Part shown: positions 48,844 through 58,717 of the stretch, piece by piece | Layout of the letters: each line of letters begins with the position of its first letter | Numbering within the stretch: position 1 is the stretch's first letter | NCBI GenBank assembly: GCA_017626035.1 | Contig: JAGAJR010000017.1 | Span: 4,900 to 68,899 of the forward strand | Direction of reading: 5' to 3' | Source of the DNA: Alphaproteobacteria bacterium | GTDB taxonomy: Bacteria; Pseudomonadota; Alphaproteobacteria; RF32; CAG-239 | Length of the DNA stretch: 64,000 nucleotides | Position numbers and translations under genes: made by a program | Notes under the pieces: generated by a model | Databases searched by the model: none | Told to the model about the DNA's origin: nothing | Seen by the model: only the letters and a program-made list of their open reading frames with translations

Positions 48844-50301
48844 ATGGCAGAATATGTTATAGAAACAGCAAAAGGTAAATGGGAAGTTGTTTGCGGTTTG
48901 GAAATCCATTGTCAGATTATTTCCAAGTCAAAAATGTATAGCGGGGCTTCAACGGAATTCGGTGCCGACGCCAATGAACATGTTTCGTTTGTGGATGCCG
49001 GTATGCCGGGAATGCTGCCGACTTTGAATATGGAATGTGTTCATCAGGCCGTTAAAACCGGTTTGGGTTTGAATGCTAAAATTAACAAATATTCGGAGTT
49101 TGCCCGTAAAAACTATTTTTATGCGGATTTGCCGCAGGGGTATCAGATTACCCAGTTTAAGTTTCCGATTGTGGGAGAGGGTAAAGTCAGTGTGGATTTG
49201 TCGGACGGAACCACTAAGGATATCGGTATTGAAAGAATGCATATTGAGCAGGATGCCGGAAAATCTCTGCACGATATTGCTCCGGACAAAACATTTATTG
49301 ACTTGAACAGAGCCGGTGTCGGTTTGATGGAGATTGTTACCAAGCCTGATTTTCGTTCTCCGGAAGAAGCAGGTGCTTTCTTGAAAAAACTGCGTTCAAT
49401 CCTGCGTTATCTGGGAACCTGCGACGGAAATATGGATGAGGGATCAATGCGTTGCGACGTGAATGTTTCCGTTCGTCCGTATGGTTCCGATGAATTGAGA
49501 ACGCGTTGCGAAATGAAAAACGTCAACAGTATGAAATTTGTGATGCAGGCGATTGAAAATGAAGCCAAACGCCATATTGAAGTTTATGAAAACGGCGGAA
49601 AAATCGAACAGGAAACCAGACAGTTCGATCCTGTCAGCGGGCAGACGAAAGTCATGCGTAAGAAAGAATTTGCTCATGACTATCGTTATTTTCCTGAGCC
49701 TGATTTGCTGCCGTTACAGCTTGATGACGCTTATATTGAAAAAGTCCGCTCCGAAATGGTGGAACTTCCGGATGCCAAAAAGGCCCGCTTTGTCAAAGAG
49801 CTTGGTTTGACGCCTTATGACGCAATGGTTATCTGCGAAAACAAAGAAACGGCAGCTTTCTTTGAAAAAGCCGCAGAAGGAAGAGATGCCAAAAAAGTGG
49901 CCAACTGGCTGATGGGTGATTTCTTTGCCATGCTGAATGAGAAAAAACTGGAATTGAAAGATTCTCCGGTCAGTGCCGAGAATCTCGGAAAACTGGTGGA
50001 TTTAATCAGCAAGGATGTTATTAACGGAAAAACGGCTAAAGACGTGTTTATAATGATGGCCGATACCGGAAAATCTCCGGAAGCGATTGTTGAGGAGAAA
50101 GGTTTGAAACAGGTTACGGATACCGGAGCAATTGAAGCTTTGGTTGACGAGGTTATTGCTTCTTCTCCGGAAAACGTTGCAGCATACCAAGGCGGAAAAG
50201 CTGGTTTGTTTGGCTGGTTCGTGGGACAAGTATTGAAAAAATCCCAGGGAAAAGCCAATCCGGGAATTGTCAACAAGCTTTTGAAAGAAAAATTAGGCTG
50301 A
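48844..50301 (+). CDS. gatB: Asp-tRNA(Asn)/Glu-tRNA(Gln) amidotransferase subunit B
   Basis: [26 protein letters not shown]-terminus and C-terminal GatB/YqeY domain. Confidence 0.9.
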   Translation: MAEYVIETAKGKWEVVCGLEIHCQIISKSKMYSGASTEFGADANEHVSFVDAGMPGMLPTLNMECVHQAVKTGLGLNAKINKYSEFARKNYFYADLPQGYQITQFKFPIVGEGKVSVDLSDGTTKDIGIERMHIEQDAGKSLHDIAPDKTFIDLNRAGVGLMEIVTKPDFRSPEEAGAFLKKLRSILRYLGTCDGNMDEGSMRCDVNVSVRPYGSDELRTRCEMKNVNSMKFVMQAIENEAKRHIEVYENGGKIEQETRQFDPVSGQTKVMRKKEFAHDYRYFPEPDLLPLQLDDAYIEKVRSEMVELPDAKKARFVKELGLTPYDAMVICENKETAAFFEKAAEGRDAKKVANWLMGDFFAMLNEKKLELKDSPVSAENLGKLVDLISKDVINGKTAKDVFIMMADTGKSPEAIVEEKGLKQVTDTGAIEALVDEVIASSPENVAAYQGGKAGLFGWFVGQVLKKSQGKANPGIVNKLLKEKLG

Positions 50302-50311
50302 ATAAAAGATT

Positions 50312-50342
50312 GCAGCATCCCTTAACGGGATGCTGTCTTTTT
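50312..50342 (+). terminator. rho-independent terminator after gatB
   Basis: CAGCATCCC-ttaac-GGGATGCTG hairpin followed by TCTTTTT. Confidence 0.8.
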
Positions 50343-50355
50343 ATGAGGGATGAAA

Positions 50356-50925
50356 ATGTCTGAATTTGAAGATTTTTTAGAAAATTATAAAGGTTTTGAT
50401 GAGATTGAAGAGGGAGAAAGGCTTTCTTTTTTGCAATTTATGAGAGCTTTTCAAACCGCGGCTTATTCCAGAGAAACGCTTCCGGGGCATCTTAGTTCTT
50501 CGGCATGGATTGTGAATTCGGAACGAACGAAAATTCTGATGATTTATCATAATTTGTTTAAATCGTGGGCTTGGGTCGGAGGCCACGCGGACGGCGATGA
50601 AAATTTAGTTCGGGTCGCAGTAAAAGAAACGGAGGAAGAAACCGGATTGAAGAATATCCGCTTAGTGCAAAAGGAACCGATTGATATTAATGTCTTGTCC
50701 GTTACCAATCATGTCAAACGGGGGAAATTTGTTCCTCGTCATTTGCATTATAATGTGGTTTATTTGTTTGAGGCGGATGAAAAAGAGGAACTCCGAATGA
50801 AACCGGATGAAAACTCCGGTGTGCAATGGATTGAAGCTGATAAAATTTCGGGTATGTGTCTTGAAGATCACGTTGTTCCTTATTATAACAGAATTATGCG
50901 AAAAATAAAGGAAAGGCATTTGTAA
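50356..50925 (+). CDS. NUDIX hydrolase
   Basis: Nudix box GGHADGDENLVRVAVKETEEETGL. Confidence 0.75.
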   Translation: MSEFEDFLENYKGFDEIEEGERLSFLQFMRAFQTAAYSRETLPGHLSSSAWIVNSERTKILMIYHNLFKSWAWVGGHADGDENLVRVAVKETEEETGLKNIRLVQKEPIDINVLSVTNHVKRGKFVPRHLHYNVVYLFEADEKEELRMKPDENSGVQWIEADKISGMCLEDHVVPYYNRIMRKIKERHL

Positions 50926-51021
50926 TGGATAGTGCCGTCATTGGAAATGTTATCGTTTCCGCTTATGAAAGGCAGCAGGACAAGCCAATGCAAATTTGAA
51001 AAACAAAGACAGGAAAAGCAA

Positions 51022-51795
51022 ATGACAACAATGATTATACAAGGAACATTAGCCGCTTTATTTACCAGTCTGTTTGCCGGACTGGGCGGTTTTCTGGTGT
51101 TTTTCAAAAAGAATTACAGCAAGAGCAATATTAATTTTTTGCTGAATGCGGCAGCCGGAATTATGTTGGCGTCATCTTTTTTCACGCTTTTGGTTCCGGC
51201 GGCGGGGACTGTCGTTTCTATGCCGATGGGAAAATATTGGGGAGCGTTGCTGTTGGTTGTTTCTGTTTTGTCCGGTGTGGGAATTGTGTGGATTTTGCAT
51301 GCCGTTTTGCCGCATGAACATGAAATTTCCGGACACCATGGATTGCAAATGGATTTGAGAAGTTCGTGGCTTTTTGTGATTGCCATCGCTATTCATAAAT
51401 TTCCCGAGGGATTGGCTGTCGGGGTGGCTTATGCCGGAGAACGTCTGTATAATCCGGAATCCTTGGCTATTGGTATCGGTTTGCAAAATATTCCGGAGGG
51501 ATTAATGGTGTCCGTAACGTTAATGGCAATCGGTTTCAGCAGATTGAAGGCGGCGTTGTTTGCTGCCGTTACCGGATTGATGCAGCCGTTCGGAGCTTTA
51601 ATCGGGGTTATCGGAACCGGGTGGAGCATGGCTTTTGTTCCGTTTGGAATGGCTATGGCCGGGGGAACCATGCTGTTTGTGATTATTAATGAAATCATTC
51701 CGGAAACATATACCAACAAAGAAAATGAAAAACATACAATGGCAATTATGTTGGGTTTTGTTATGATGATGTTTATGAGTATTGTTTTGGGATAG
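51022..51795 (+). CDS. ZIP family zinc/metal transporter (ZupT-like)
   Basis: 8-TM profile with HKFPEGLAVG and QNIPEGL metal-binding motifs. Confidence 0.8.
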   Translation: MTTMIIQGTLAALFTSLFAGLGGFLVFFKKNYSKSNINFLLNAAAGIMLASSFFTLLVPAAGTVVSMPMGKYWGALLLVVSVLSGVGIVWILHAVLPHEHEISGHHGLQMDLRSSWLFVIAIAIHKFPEGLAVGVAYAGERLYNPESLAIGIGLQNIPEGLMVSVTLMAIGFSRLKAALFAAVTGLMQPFGALIGVIGTGWSMAFVPFGMAMAGGTMLFVIINEIIPETYTNKENEKHTMAIMLGFVMMMFMSIVLG

Positions 51796-51867
51796 ATAAC
51801 TTTTAAAAAATTCAAAAAAGCTATTGACGAGGGGAAAAAGATAATATACATATTACAACCGTACCAC

Positions 51868-51955
51868 GGAGAGTTGGCAGAGTGGTAATGCAGCGGATTG
51901 CTAATCCGTCATCGTGAATAGCGATGCACAGGTTCGAGTCCTGTACTCTCCGCCA
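51868..51955 (+). tRNA. tRNA-Ser (anticodon GCT)
   Basis: Type II tRNA, anticodon loop TTGCTAA, long variable arm, encoded CCA. Confidence 0.9.
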
Positions 51956-51963
51956 TTAAAAAA

Positions 51964-51995
51964 AGCGGTATCCTTAATGGATACTGCTTTTTTTA
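51964..51995 (+). terminator. rho-independent terminator after tRNA-Ser-GCT
   Basis: AGCGGTATCC-ttaat-GGATACTGCT hairpin followed by T7. Confidence 0.8.
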
Positions 51996-52159
51996 TGTTT
52001 GAATGAAGAGACAGGCTCGAACCGAGAGGCTCGCTAAGCAAAAAATACAATGATTTGTATTTTTTGTCTGCAAGAGCATAGATGGTCTTATTGAGCAAAG
52101 GAAGTGTAACGACTGCGGCGAGATTAGAGCTCTATGAGAAAGAGCAGTGAAACTGCGTA

Positions 52160-52210
52160 GTCCTGTACTCTCCGCCATTAAAAGCCGTTCCTTTGGGAGC
52201 GGCTTTTTGT
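52160..52210 (+). repeat. displaced copy of the tRNA-Ser-GCT 3' end (19 nt) followed by terminator hairpin
   Basis: AGTCCTGTACTCTCCGCCATTAAAA identical to 51937-51961; followed by AGCCGTTCC-tttg-GGAGCGGCT plus T-run. Confidence 0.7.
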
Positions 52211-52414
52211 TTTCCCGAATCTTTTATTTTGGACAAAAAATGGTTGTGTTTTAGTTTTTTTATTATACATACCGACTTTTACAGCCATTTTTTATTATGT
52301 TTTTTTATTGAAAATCAATGTAATAATCTGAAATTGAATAAAATGTCAGATTTTTGTATATTTTTAAGTTTTTTTCTGGTATATTACTGCGAGCAAAAAA
52401 TATAAGGGATGTAT

Positions 52415-53056
52415 ATGAAGAAAATAATTTCAGCTATGGAAGCCGGAAAACTTATTTACAATGATGCCTCTGTTATGATCGGAGGTTTCTTGAAATGCGG
52501 CAGTCCGGTTAAAGTTATTGACGAAATTGTTAAAAACAATATTAAAGGTTTGACGCTTATTGCCAATGATACTTGTGTTCCCGATTCAGATCGGGGCAAG
52601 CTGATTGTCAATAAATGTGTTAAAAAAGTTATTGCTGGGCATATCGGGACCAATCCTGAAACCGGACGCCAGATGAATGCCGGGGAATTGGAAGTGGAGC
52701 TTGTTCCTTTGGGAACTCTTGCGGAAAGAGTTCGGGCAGGGGGAGCCGGGTTGGGCGGATTTTTAACGCCGACAGGCGTTGGCACTGTGGTTGAAGAAGG
52801 TAAGCAGACCATGGAAATTGACGGCAGAAAATATATTTTGGAAAAGCCGTTAAAAGCTGATTTTGCTATTATTTATGCCAATAAAGCCGATAAATTCGGC
52901 AATGTGTTTTTACACGGAACAACCAGAAATTTTAATACGGTTATGGCAACCGCGGCCAAAACGGTTATTGTTGAAGCTGACGAATTGGTTGAGGGCTGCC
53001 TGAATCCCGATGATGTTACGATTCCGGGAGTGTTTGTGGATTATATCGTTTTATAA
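52415..53056 (+). CDS. 3-oxoacid CoA-transferase subunit A (AtoD/ScoA family)
   Basis: IGGFLKCGSP and CoA-transferase family I alpha-subunit profile. Confidence 0.85.
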   Translation: MKKIISAMEAGKLIYNDASVMIGGFLKCGSPVKVIDEIVKNNIKGLTLIANDTCVPDSDRGKLIVNKCVKKVIAGHIGTNPETGRQMNAGELEVELVPLGTLAERVRAGGAGLGGFLTPTGVGTVVEEGKQTMEIDGRKYILEKPLKADFAIIYANKADKFGNVFLHGTTRNFNTVMATAAKTVIVEADELVEGCLNPDDVTIPGVFVDYIVL

Positions 53057-53064
53057 GGTGAAAC

Positions 53065-53730
53065 ATGGAATTATCAAAAGAAAAAATCAGAGAAATTATT
53101 GCCAGCAGGGTAGCCAAAGAACTTTCCGAAGGGGATGTGATTACTTTGGGTATCGGATTGCCGACAGAAGTGGCCAATTATGTTCCGAAAGAGATGCATA
53201 TTATGTTTCAATCTGAAAACGGGCTTGTCGGTGTCGGTCCTAAACCGTCTGAGGAAACTTATGATAAAGATATTACCAATGCCGGCGGAACGGTGGTCGA
53301 AGTTAAAGAAGGCGGTGCTTTTTTTGATTCGGTTATGTCTTTTGCAATGATTAGAGGCGGACATGTTGATGCCACCGTTTTGGGGGCTTTGGAAGTCGAT
53401 GAAGAGGGAAATCTTGCCAACTGGATGATACCGGGGGCTTTTGTACCGGGAATGGGCGGTGCCATGGACCTGGTTGTCGGAGCCAAGAAAGTGATTGTGG
53501 CTATGGAACATACCTCCAAAAACGGACCGAAAATCGTTAAGAAATGTTCTCTGCCGCTGACCGCCGCCAAAGAGGTGGATTTAATCATTACCGAACGTTG
53601 TGTTATCAGTGTTGAGCCGGAAGGGTTGGTTTTAAAGGAAATTAATCCGTTGTTTTCTCTTGATGACGTTTTATCCACCATTTCAGCCGATTTAATTGTG
53701 CCGGATGAATTTAATCAAGCAGCTGCTTAA
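53065..53730 (+). CDS. 3-oxoacid CoA-transferase subunit B (AtoA/ScoB family)
   Basis: Beta-subunit profile with conserved glutamate region (SENGL), GGAMDLV. Confidence 0.85.
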   Translation: MELSKEKIREIIASRVAKELSEGDVITLGIGLPTEVANYVPKEMHIMFQSENGLVGVGPKPSEETYDKDITNAGGTVVEVKEGGAFFDSVMSFAMIRGGHVDATVLGALEVDEEGNLANWMIPGAFVPGMGGAMDLVVGAKKVIVAMEHTSKNGPKIVKKCSLPLTAAKEVDLIITERCVISVEPEGLVLKEINPLFSLDDVLSTISADLIVPDEFNQAAA

Positions 53731-53819
53731 CATTTTTGTACAAATAGAGGGTTAACATTAGTTGATTATTTTTGTCAAAAGTGCTATAAATATATTGAGT
53801 TATATTTATAGGACCGGCG

Positions 53820-54968
53820 ATGAAGAAAAAGACTATCAAAAGAGGGCTAAAAACACTTTCGGCAGGATTGTTGCTCGGGGTTTCCTCTTATGCTTTATAT
53901 CAAGCGGATAAGTTTGATGTTAATGATTTTCCTCAAAAAGAAGTTGTCGTTTGCGGAAATAAAGTTTCTATGGAAGATTTTTACAGCCGCTTGTCGTATA
54001 CACGCAACGGCTGGGTTTATAAAACCGAAGACGGAAAGAACCTCAGCGTTGACAGCCTCAGTGATTTTCATCAGAAAGATTCACTGAATCATTTGAATTA
54101 TTTACAAGCTAAGCGAACCCGTAAAGTTGATACTGTCTATGTCAAGTATGTCCAGCAGAAAGACGGAACCAAGGAAATAATTTATCAGTTGGGAAGTTAT
54201 GACAGCGTAAATCGGCCGTCTATGGGAATATGTGAAAAAGGATGTGTTACAGTCAGGGAGTTTGTTGCGGAAGATCCTAAACTCCAAGAAAAGGAGGATG
54301 AATATAACGACGAATATAACCAAACTTATGCTCATGAAGATTGGCATTATATTAATGGCGTCAACGGAATAATGAATGTGGGGCAAAGTTATGAGGTTAA
54401 ATTTGTTGAAGTTTGCATGGATGAAGTTTCCGCTAATCTTCGTCAGTTTTTAAAACAAAGAAAGAAATATTTGGAATCCGGGAAAAATCCTAAATATATT
54501 ACTTCAAGGTTTAGTTTTTATCATGATTTGATTAATGAGGGAAAAGTTGTTCCTACAGACAAAATTTCTACCAAAGAGCAAAAACTTATTGCTGTCGGTG
54601 TTTTTGATGCCTGGATGAAAGACAAGTTCGACCTTTATTCATATAAAAATTATGAACGGACAAAGTTTATTCTGCTTAAAACAAATTATAACGGGATACA
54701 GGAAAATTCCGAACTTCATCAGAAGTTGATGACTAAGTGTTTTACAATTGACGGGATAGATTACTGGAAATACATTTCAGACAAAGAGCAGGAAGTCAAA
54801 GACCGGATACCTGAAAAATATAAGGTGCAATTTAATAAGTGTTTGCCGAAGTGGAAAAAAGGAAAAATGACTTATTTTGACAAGCTGGAAGAAAACAGAA
54901 ATGAAAAAGGGCGGACAGCTTATAATCTCTTTATGTTAAAAAACAAAATTAAAAATATGTTTCGTTAG
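53820..54968 (+). CDS. secreted Lys-rich hypothetical protein with HExxH motif
   Basis: Signal peptide LSAGLLLGVSSYALYQA; AHEDWHY (HExxH) with Glu 16 residues downstream; low GC; no recognizable family. Confidence 0.5.
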   Translation: MKKKTIKRGLKTLSAGLLLGVSSYALYQADKFDVNDFPQKEVVVCGNKVSMEDFYSRLSYTRNGWVYKTEDGKNLSVDSLSDFHQKDSLNHLNYLQAKRTRKVDTVYVKYVQQKDGTKEIIYQLGSYDSVNRPSMGICEKGCVTVREFVAEDPKLQEKEDEYNDEYNQTYAHEDWHYINGVNGIMNVGQSYEVKFVEVCMDEVSANLRQFLKQRKKYLESGKNPKYITSRFSFYHDLINEGKVVPTDKISTKEQKLIAVGVFDAWMKDKFDLYSYKNYERTKFILLKTNYNGIQENSELHQKLMTKCFTIDGIDYWKYISDKEQEVKDRIPEKYKVQFNKCLPKWKKGKMTYFDKLEENRNEKGRTAYNLFMLKNKIKNMFR

Positions 54969-54969
54969 A

Positions 54970-55395
54970 TTATCTGGATAAGTGAAGTATCGGATGCGGT
55001 TTTCCTGAATCGTCGAGTTCGTCCCTGGAAATTACGGTAAATCCCCAATGTCGGTAAACCGCCAAAGCATGCGGATTTTCTTCATTTACGTCAATGAATT
55101 TTATTTTAGGATTTTGCATAGCAAAAGACATTAACTTTTTGCCAATTCCGGTGCCGATATAATCAGGATGAACGAAAAGCATTTCCACTTTAGTTTCCGA
55201 AAGACCGATAAAACCGCTCAGAATAGATTTGTCATATATGCCAAACAGTTTAAGAGGCGGAAGTCCGTATTTGGAAATAGCTGTTTTATAAAATTTAATT
55301 TCTTGCGGTTTTAGAAAGTGATGTGTTGCCGCAACGGATTTTTCCCAAGTGTCAAGAACATCGTCGTAATGGGATTGAGAAAGTTCAAGAATCAT
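54970..55395 (-). CDS. GNAT family N-acetyltransferase
   Basis: Acetyl-CoA binding motif VHPDYIGTGIGKKLM; 141 aa. Confidence 0.8.
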   Translation of the reverse strand: MILELSQSHYDDVLDTWEKSVAATHHFLKPQEIKFYKTAISKYGLPPLKLFGIYDKSILSGFIGLSETKVEMLFVHPDYIGTGIGKKLMSFAMQNPKIKFIDVNEENPHALAVYRHWGFTVISRDELDDSGKPHPILHLSR

Positions 55396-56027
55396 TATTC
55401 GCCGCCGTTGCAGAAACGTTTAATTGTTGTCATGACTTTAAGATAATAGTTATCGCCGTGAGGAACGAAATCGGCCGCTGTTACAAAACCGGTGTGCGGA
55501 AGATATTGATTTTCTTCATTTTTCATTAATCCGGTTACAAAAACTTTTTCTACTTTACGGTTAAACAGATTGATAAGATCGTCGACGGAAGCCTCAACAA
55601 TGCCATCGACTTCTTCAGCCTGAAGCTTTAAGTTCGAAATGTTTTTGTCGGTTTCAAACAGATAAGTGTGGGCGAATTCGCAATTGTTTTCGGGAGCGAT
55701 TTTTTTATCGGTAAAAAGCTTGGTCAGGTTATCGGGGGAGATTTGAAGACCGATTTCTTCTTCCACTTCGCGAATACCGTCTTTAGGTTTTTCTCCGGAG
55801 CGAAGGTGTCCGGCTGCGGATGTGTCCAGAAGGCTCGGATAGCAGTCTTTTTCTTTGCTTCTTAATTGCAGCCAGATACGATGGTGTCCGTCAGAAGCTT
55901 TTTTTACAATCCAGCAATGAAAAGTCATGTGCCAGAGGCCTTCCTTATGGGCTTGTGATTTTGAGGCGGTTCCGAGGAAGTTCATGTTTTCGTCGTAAAT
56001 GTCAATTAATTCGTCAGCCATGTTCAA
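55395..56027 (-). CDS. NUDIX hydrolase (YfcD/IDI-like subfamily, lacks IDI catalytic Cys)
   Basis: Nudix box GHLRSGEKPKDGIREVEEEIGL; N-terminal LIDIYDENMNFLG resembles the YfcD/IPP-isomerase-like arrangement. Confidence 0.75.
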   Translation of the reverse strand: MNMADELIDIYDENMNFLGTASKSQAHKEGLWHMTFHCWIVKKASDGHHRIWLQLRSKEKDCYPSLLDTSAAGHLRSGEKPKDGIREVEEEIGLQISPDNLTKLFTDKKIAPENNCEFAHTYLFETDKNISNLKLQAEEVDGIVEASVDDLINLFNRKVEKVFVTGLMKNEENQYLPHTGFVTAADFVPHGDNYYLKVMTTIKRFCNGGE

Positions 56028-56031
56028 CTCC

Positions 56032-57801
56032 TTATTTTGTTTCCGCGAGGTAAATTCTGCCTTGAACGTCTTTTCCGTTTTCCTGCCGCAGAATTGTTTT
56101 TTTCTCTTGAATATGAGTGTATCCGGTGCTTTTTAACAAATCATTAATGTAAAGGGGATTGTGTTTGTAACGTCCCGAATCTGAAAGGGCGTAATCCGGT
56201 GTTTGTGTGTCTTCTTCTATGGAAAAAGCTAAACGGGCAGGGTAAATCAGTTTGAATATTTCGTTTAAACTGCCGATATATCCGAAGACGTCCGCGGCAA
56301 TGAATAAATCTGCGGAAGGTTTATTTTGTAAAAATTCTTTGATGCCGGAATGAATCAGTTCTTTGTAGAGTTTTTTTCCTCTGGCTTTTTCGAGCATTTT
56401 TTCGGAGATATCCACGCCGATAAGTTCGGTGCCAGCGGCTTTATAAGTTTCGCCAACAAGCCCCGTGCCACATCCAAGATCCACAACGGTACCTTTAACA
56501 TTTCCCGTAAGGTTTCTAAGCTCTCGAACAACGTTGTAACCAATATTTTCGAGAACCAACTCGTAATTATCAGCGAAAGTGTCAAAAAGCTTTTGGCTAT
56601 AAATTTCAGTATTCGCAATTTTTTCTCCTTTGAGCGAGGCGGTTGTGTGGCGGGCAAAAACGTTTTCCGGAGATTGTTTTTGCCAGTTTTCAGCAATTTT
56701 CAAGGCTTTTTCTTTATCATTCCGGCTGAGCAGAATAATGGTCTCGGCAATGTTTACGGAAAATTCTTCCTGTTCCGGCTTTTTTAACAAGGCGTTGAAA
56801 AATAATCCCAATGCTTCTTCATATTCGCCGAAATCTTTGAGGATGATTCCTAAGTTGTTGCTTATTTCCGGGATGTCCGGATTTAAGATAACTGCGTTGC
56901 GGTATTCTTCCAAGGCCTCATGAAGGCGTTTTTCCCGATAAAGCATATCGGCGTAATTCAACCGGGCGTCAATATCGTTTGGCTTGAGGTCTAATGCCCG
57001 TTTATAAAGGGATTCCGCTTTATGATAATCGGCTTCTTCGCTTTCAATATTGGCAAGATTTATCAGAGCAGGGACGCTTTCCTCCAAAGCAAGGGCTTCT
57101 TCAAATTTTTGTTTGGCTGCTGCGGTTTGTTTTTGTGTGAGTAAAGCAGTTCCTATTCTGACCTTGATTTCGGAATTTTTGGGAGCCAATTGTTCCGCCT
57201 GTTTGAAATAATCCAGAGCCTCATCCAATCGTCCGTCGTCAAAGCTTATTTCTCCCAGATAAAAGAACACTAAAGGTTCGTTGCCGAATTTCTGGCTCAA
57301 ATCTTTTAACGCAAGGAAGTCTTTTTTCATCATTGCCAAGTTCAGCTGAGGTTCGGCATAAGCGGAATCTATCTGTATGGCTTGTTTATATGCTTTTTCG
57401 GCATTGTCAGGCTGTTTAAGAGTTTCATAAATGCCGCCGATGTTGTTGCAGGCTTCTTTGAAATCCGGTTTCAGGGACAAAGCCTTATTATAAGCATCCA
57501 GAGCTTCAACCGGTTTGCCCCAAAGATTCAGGGAAACGGCCAGATTAAAATAAAAAGGGGCAAAATCCGGAGATTGTTTAATGGCTTTGGTAAAAAGAGC
57601 GGCGGCTTCTTCGTGAATGCCTTTGGCTTGGGCGACAAGTCCCAGAAGATTTAAGACATCCGGATGTTCCGGTGCGGTTTCCAAAATCTGGCGGTAAATC
57701 TGTTCGGCTTCGTTTAAATATCCTTCCTCGTGGAGGCGGACAGCCCTTTGAAACAATAAATCATAACCCATAAAATTTCTCCTGAGGCATATTGTAAGCA
57801 C
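56032..57801 (-). CDS. TPR-repeat protein fused to class I SAM-dependent methyltransferase
   Basis: About 10 N-terminal TPR units; C-terminal VVDLGCGTGLVGE SAM-binding motif. Confidence 0.75.
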   Translation of the reverse strand: MLTICLRRNFMGYDLLFQRAVRLHEEGYLNEAEQIYRQILETAPEHPDVLNLLGLVAQAKGIHEEAAALFTKAIKQSPDFAPFYFNLAVSLNLWGKPVEALDAYNKALSLKPDFKEACNNIGGIYETLKQPDNAEKAYKQAIQIDSAYAEPQLNLAMMKKDFLALKDLSQKFGNEPLVFFYLGEISFDDGRLDEALDYFKQAEQLAPKNSEIKVRIGTALLTQKQTAAAKQKFEEALALEESVPALINLANIESEEADYHKAESLYKRALDLKPNDIDARLNYADMLYREKRLHEALEEYRNAVILNPDIPEISNNLGIILKDFGEYEEALGLFFNALLKKPEQEEFSVNIAETIILLSRNDKEKALKIAENWQKQSPENVFARHTTASLKGEKIANTEIYSQKLFDTFADNYELVLENIGYNVVRELRNLTGNVKGTVVDLGCGTGLVGETYKAAGTELIGVDISEKMLEKARGKKLYKELIHSGIKEFLQNKPSADLFIAADVFGYIGSLNEIFKLIYPARLAFSIEEDTQTPDYALSDSGRYKHNPLYINDLLKSTGYTHIQEKKTILRQENGKDVQGRIYLAETK

Positions 57802-57972
57802 AAAGAGCCGAAAAATCCAGAGGCCTGTGTAAAATTTTGCTTGAAATTATGGAAAAAATGTAATAAATTGCCGATACTTTCGGGAAAGTGGGCAGAAAAT
57901 GCCCCGTTTGGCGTTTAAGAACCAAAACTACCGGGACAATAATGTTAATAAAAAAATAAAAGGAAAATTTTA

Positions 57973-58587
57973 ATGAAAAGTATTGTTTCTGCAAAGAAAA
58001 AAACAAACCGCCGCTATGGTGCGAATTTGTGGGGTGATCCGAAAAGCCCTTTAAATAAAAGAGAATATGCTCCGGGTCAGCATGGTCAGAGAAGAAAAAA
58101 ACAGACTGACTACGGTGAGCAATTGTATGCAAAACAAAAATTGAAAACATATTATGGTAACATTTCCGAGAAACAGTTCCATAAATATTATGTTGAAGCT
58201 ATCAGAAGAACAGGCGATGCTGCTGAAAACCTTATCGGTTTGTTGGAATCCCGTTTGGACAACCTTGTTTACAAAGCTAAATTTGTTCCGACAGTTTTTG
58301 CTGCCCGTCAGTTTGTAAACCACGGCCACGTTACCGTTAACGGTAAAAAAGTCAACATTCCTTCTTATATGGTTAAAGTTGGCGACGTTATTGAAGTTCG
58401 TGAAAAATCCAAACAGCTTCCTATCGTTATTGCCGCAGTTGAAGCTGCTACCAGAGATGTTCCTGGATATTTGGAAGTAGATAACAAAAAATTGACAGCC
58501 AAATATACTTTCACACCTAAGTTTGACGATGTTCCTTACGGTGCTGTTATGGAACCAAACCTGGTTATCGAATACTACTCAAGATAA
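57973..58587 (+). CDS. rpsD: 30S ribosomal protein S4
   Basis: [49 protein letters not shown] almost invariant S4 core. Confidence 0.9.
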   Translation: MKSIVSAKKKTNRRYGANLWGDPKSPLNKREYAPGQHGQRRKKQTDYGEQLYAKQKLKTYYGNISEKQFHKYYVEAIRRTGDAAENLIGLLESRLDNLVYKAKFVPTVFAARQFVNHGHVTVNGKKVNIPSYMVKVGDVIEVREKSKQLPIVIAAVEAATRDVPGYLEVDNKKLTAKYTFTPKFDDVPYGAVMEPNLVIEYYSR

Positions 58588-58606
58588 GAAGTTTTCTTAT
58601 CGTTTC

Positions 58607-58647
58607 AAATCCCCGGGACTTATGCAAGCCTCGGGGATTTTTGCTTT
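58607..58647 (+). terminator. terminator-like hairpin after rpsD
   Basis: AAATCCCCG...CGGGGATTT 9-bp stem, 16-nt loop, followed by TTGCTTT. Confidence 0.55.
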
Positions 58648-58717
58648 AAATATGTTTTTTTTTATGCTTATATGTGGAAATGATAGGTGTTGTTTTTGTA
58701 ACAAGGATATAAAACAA

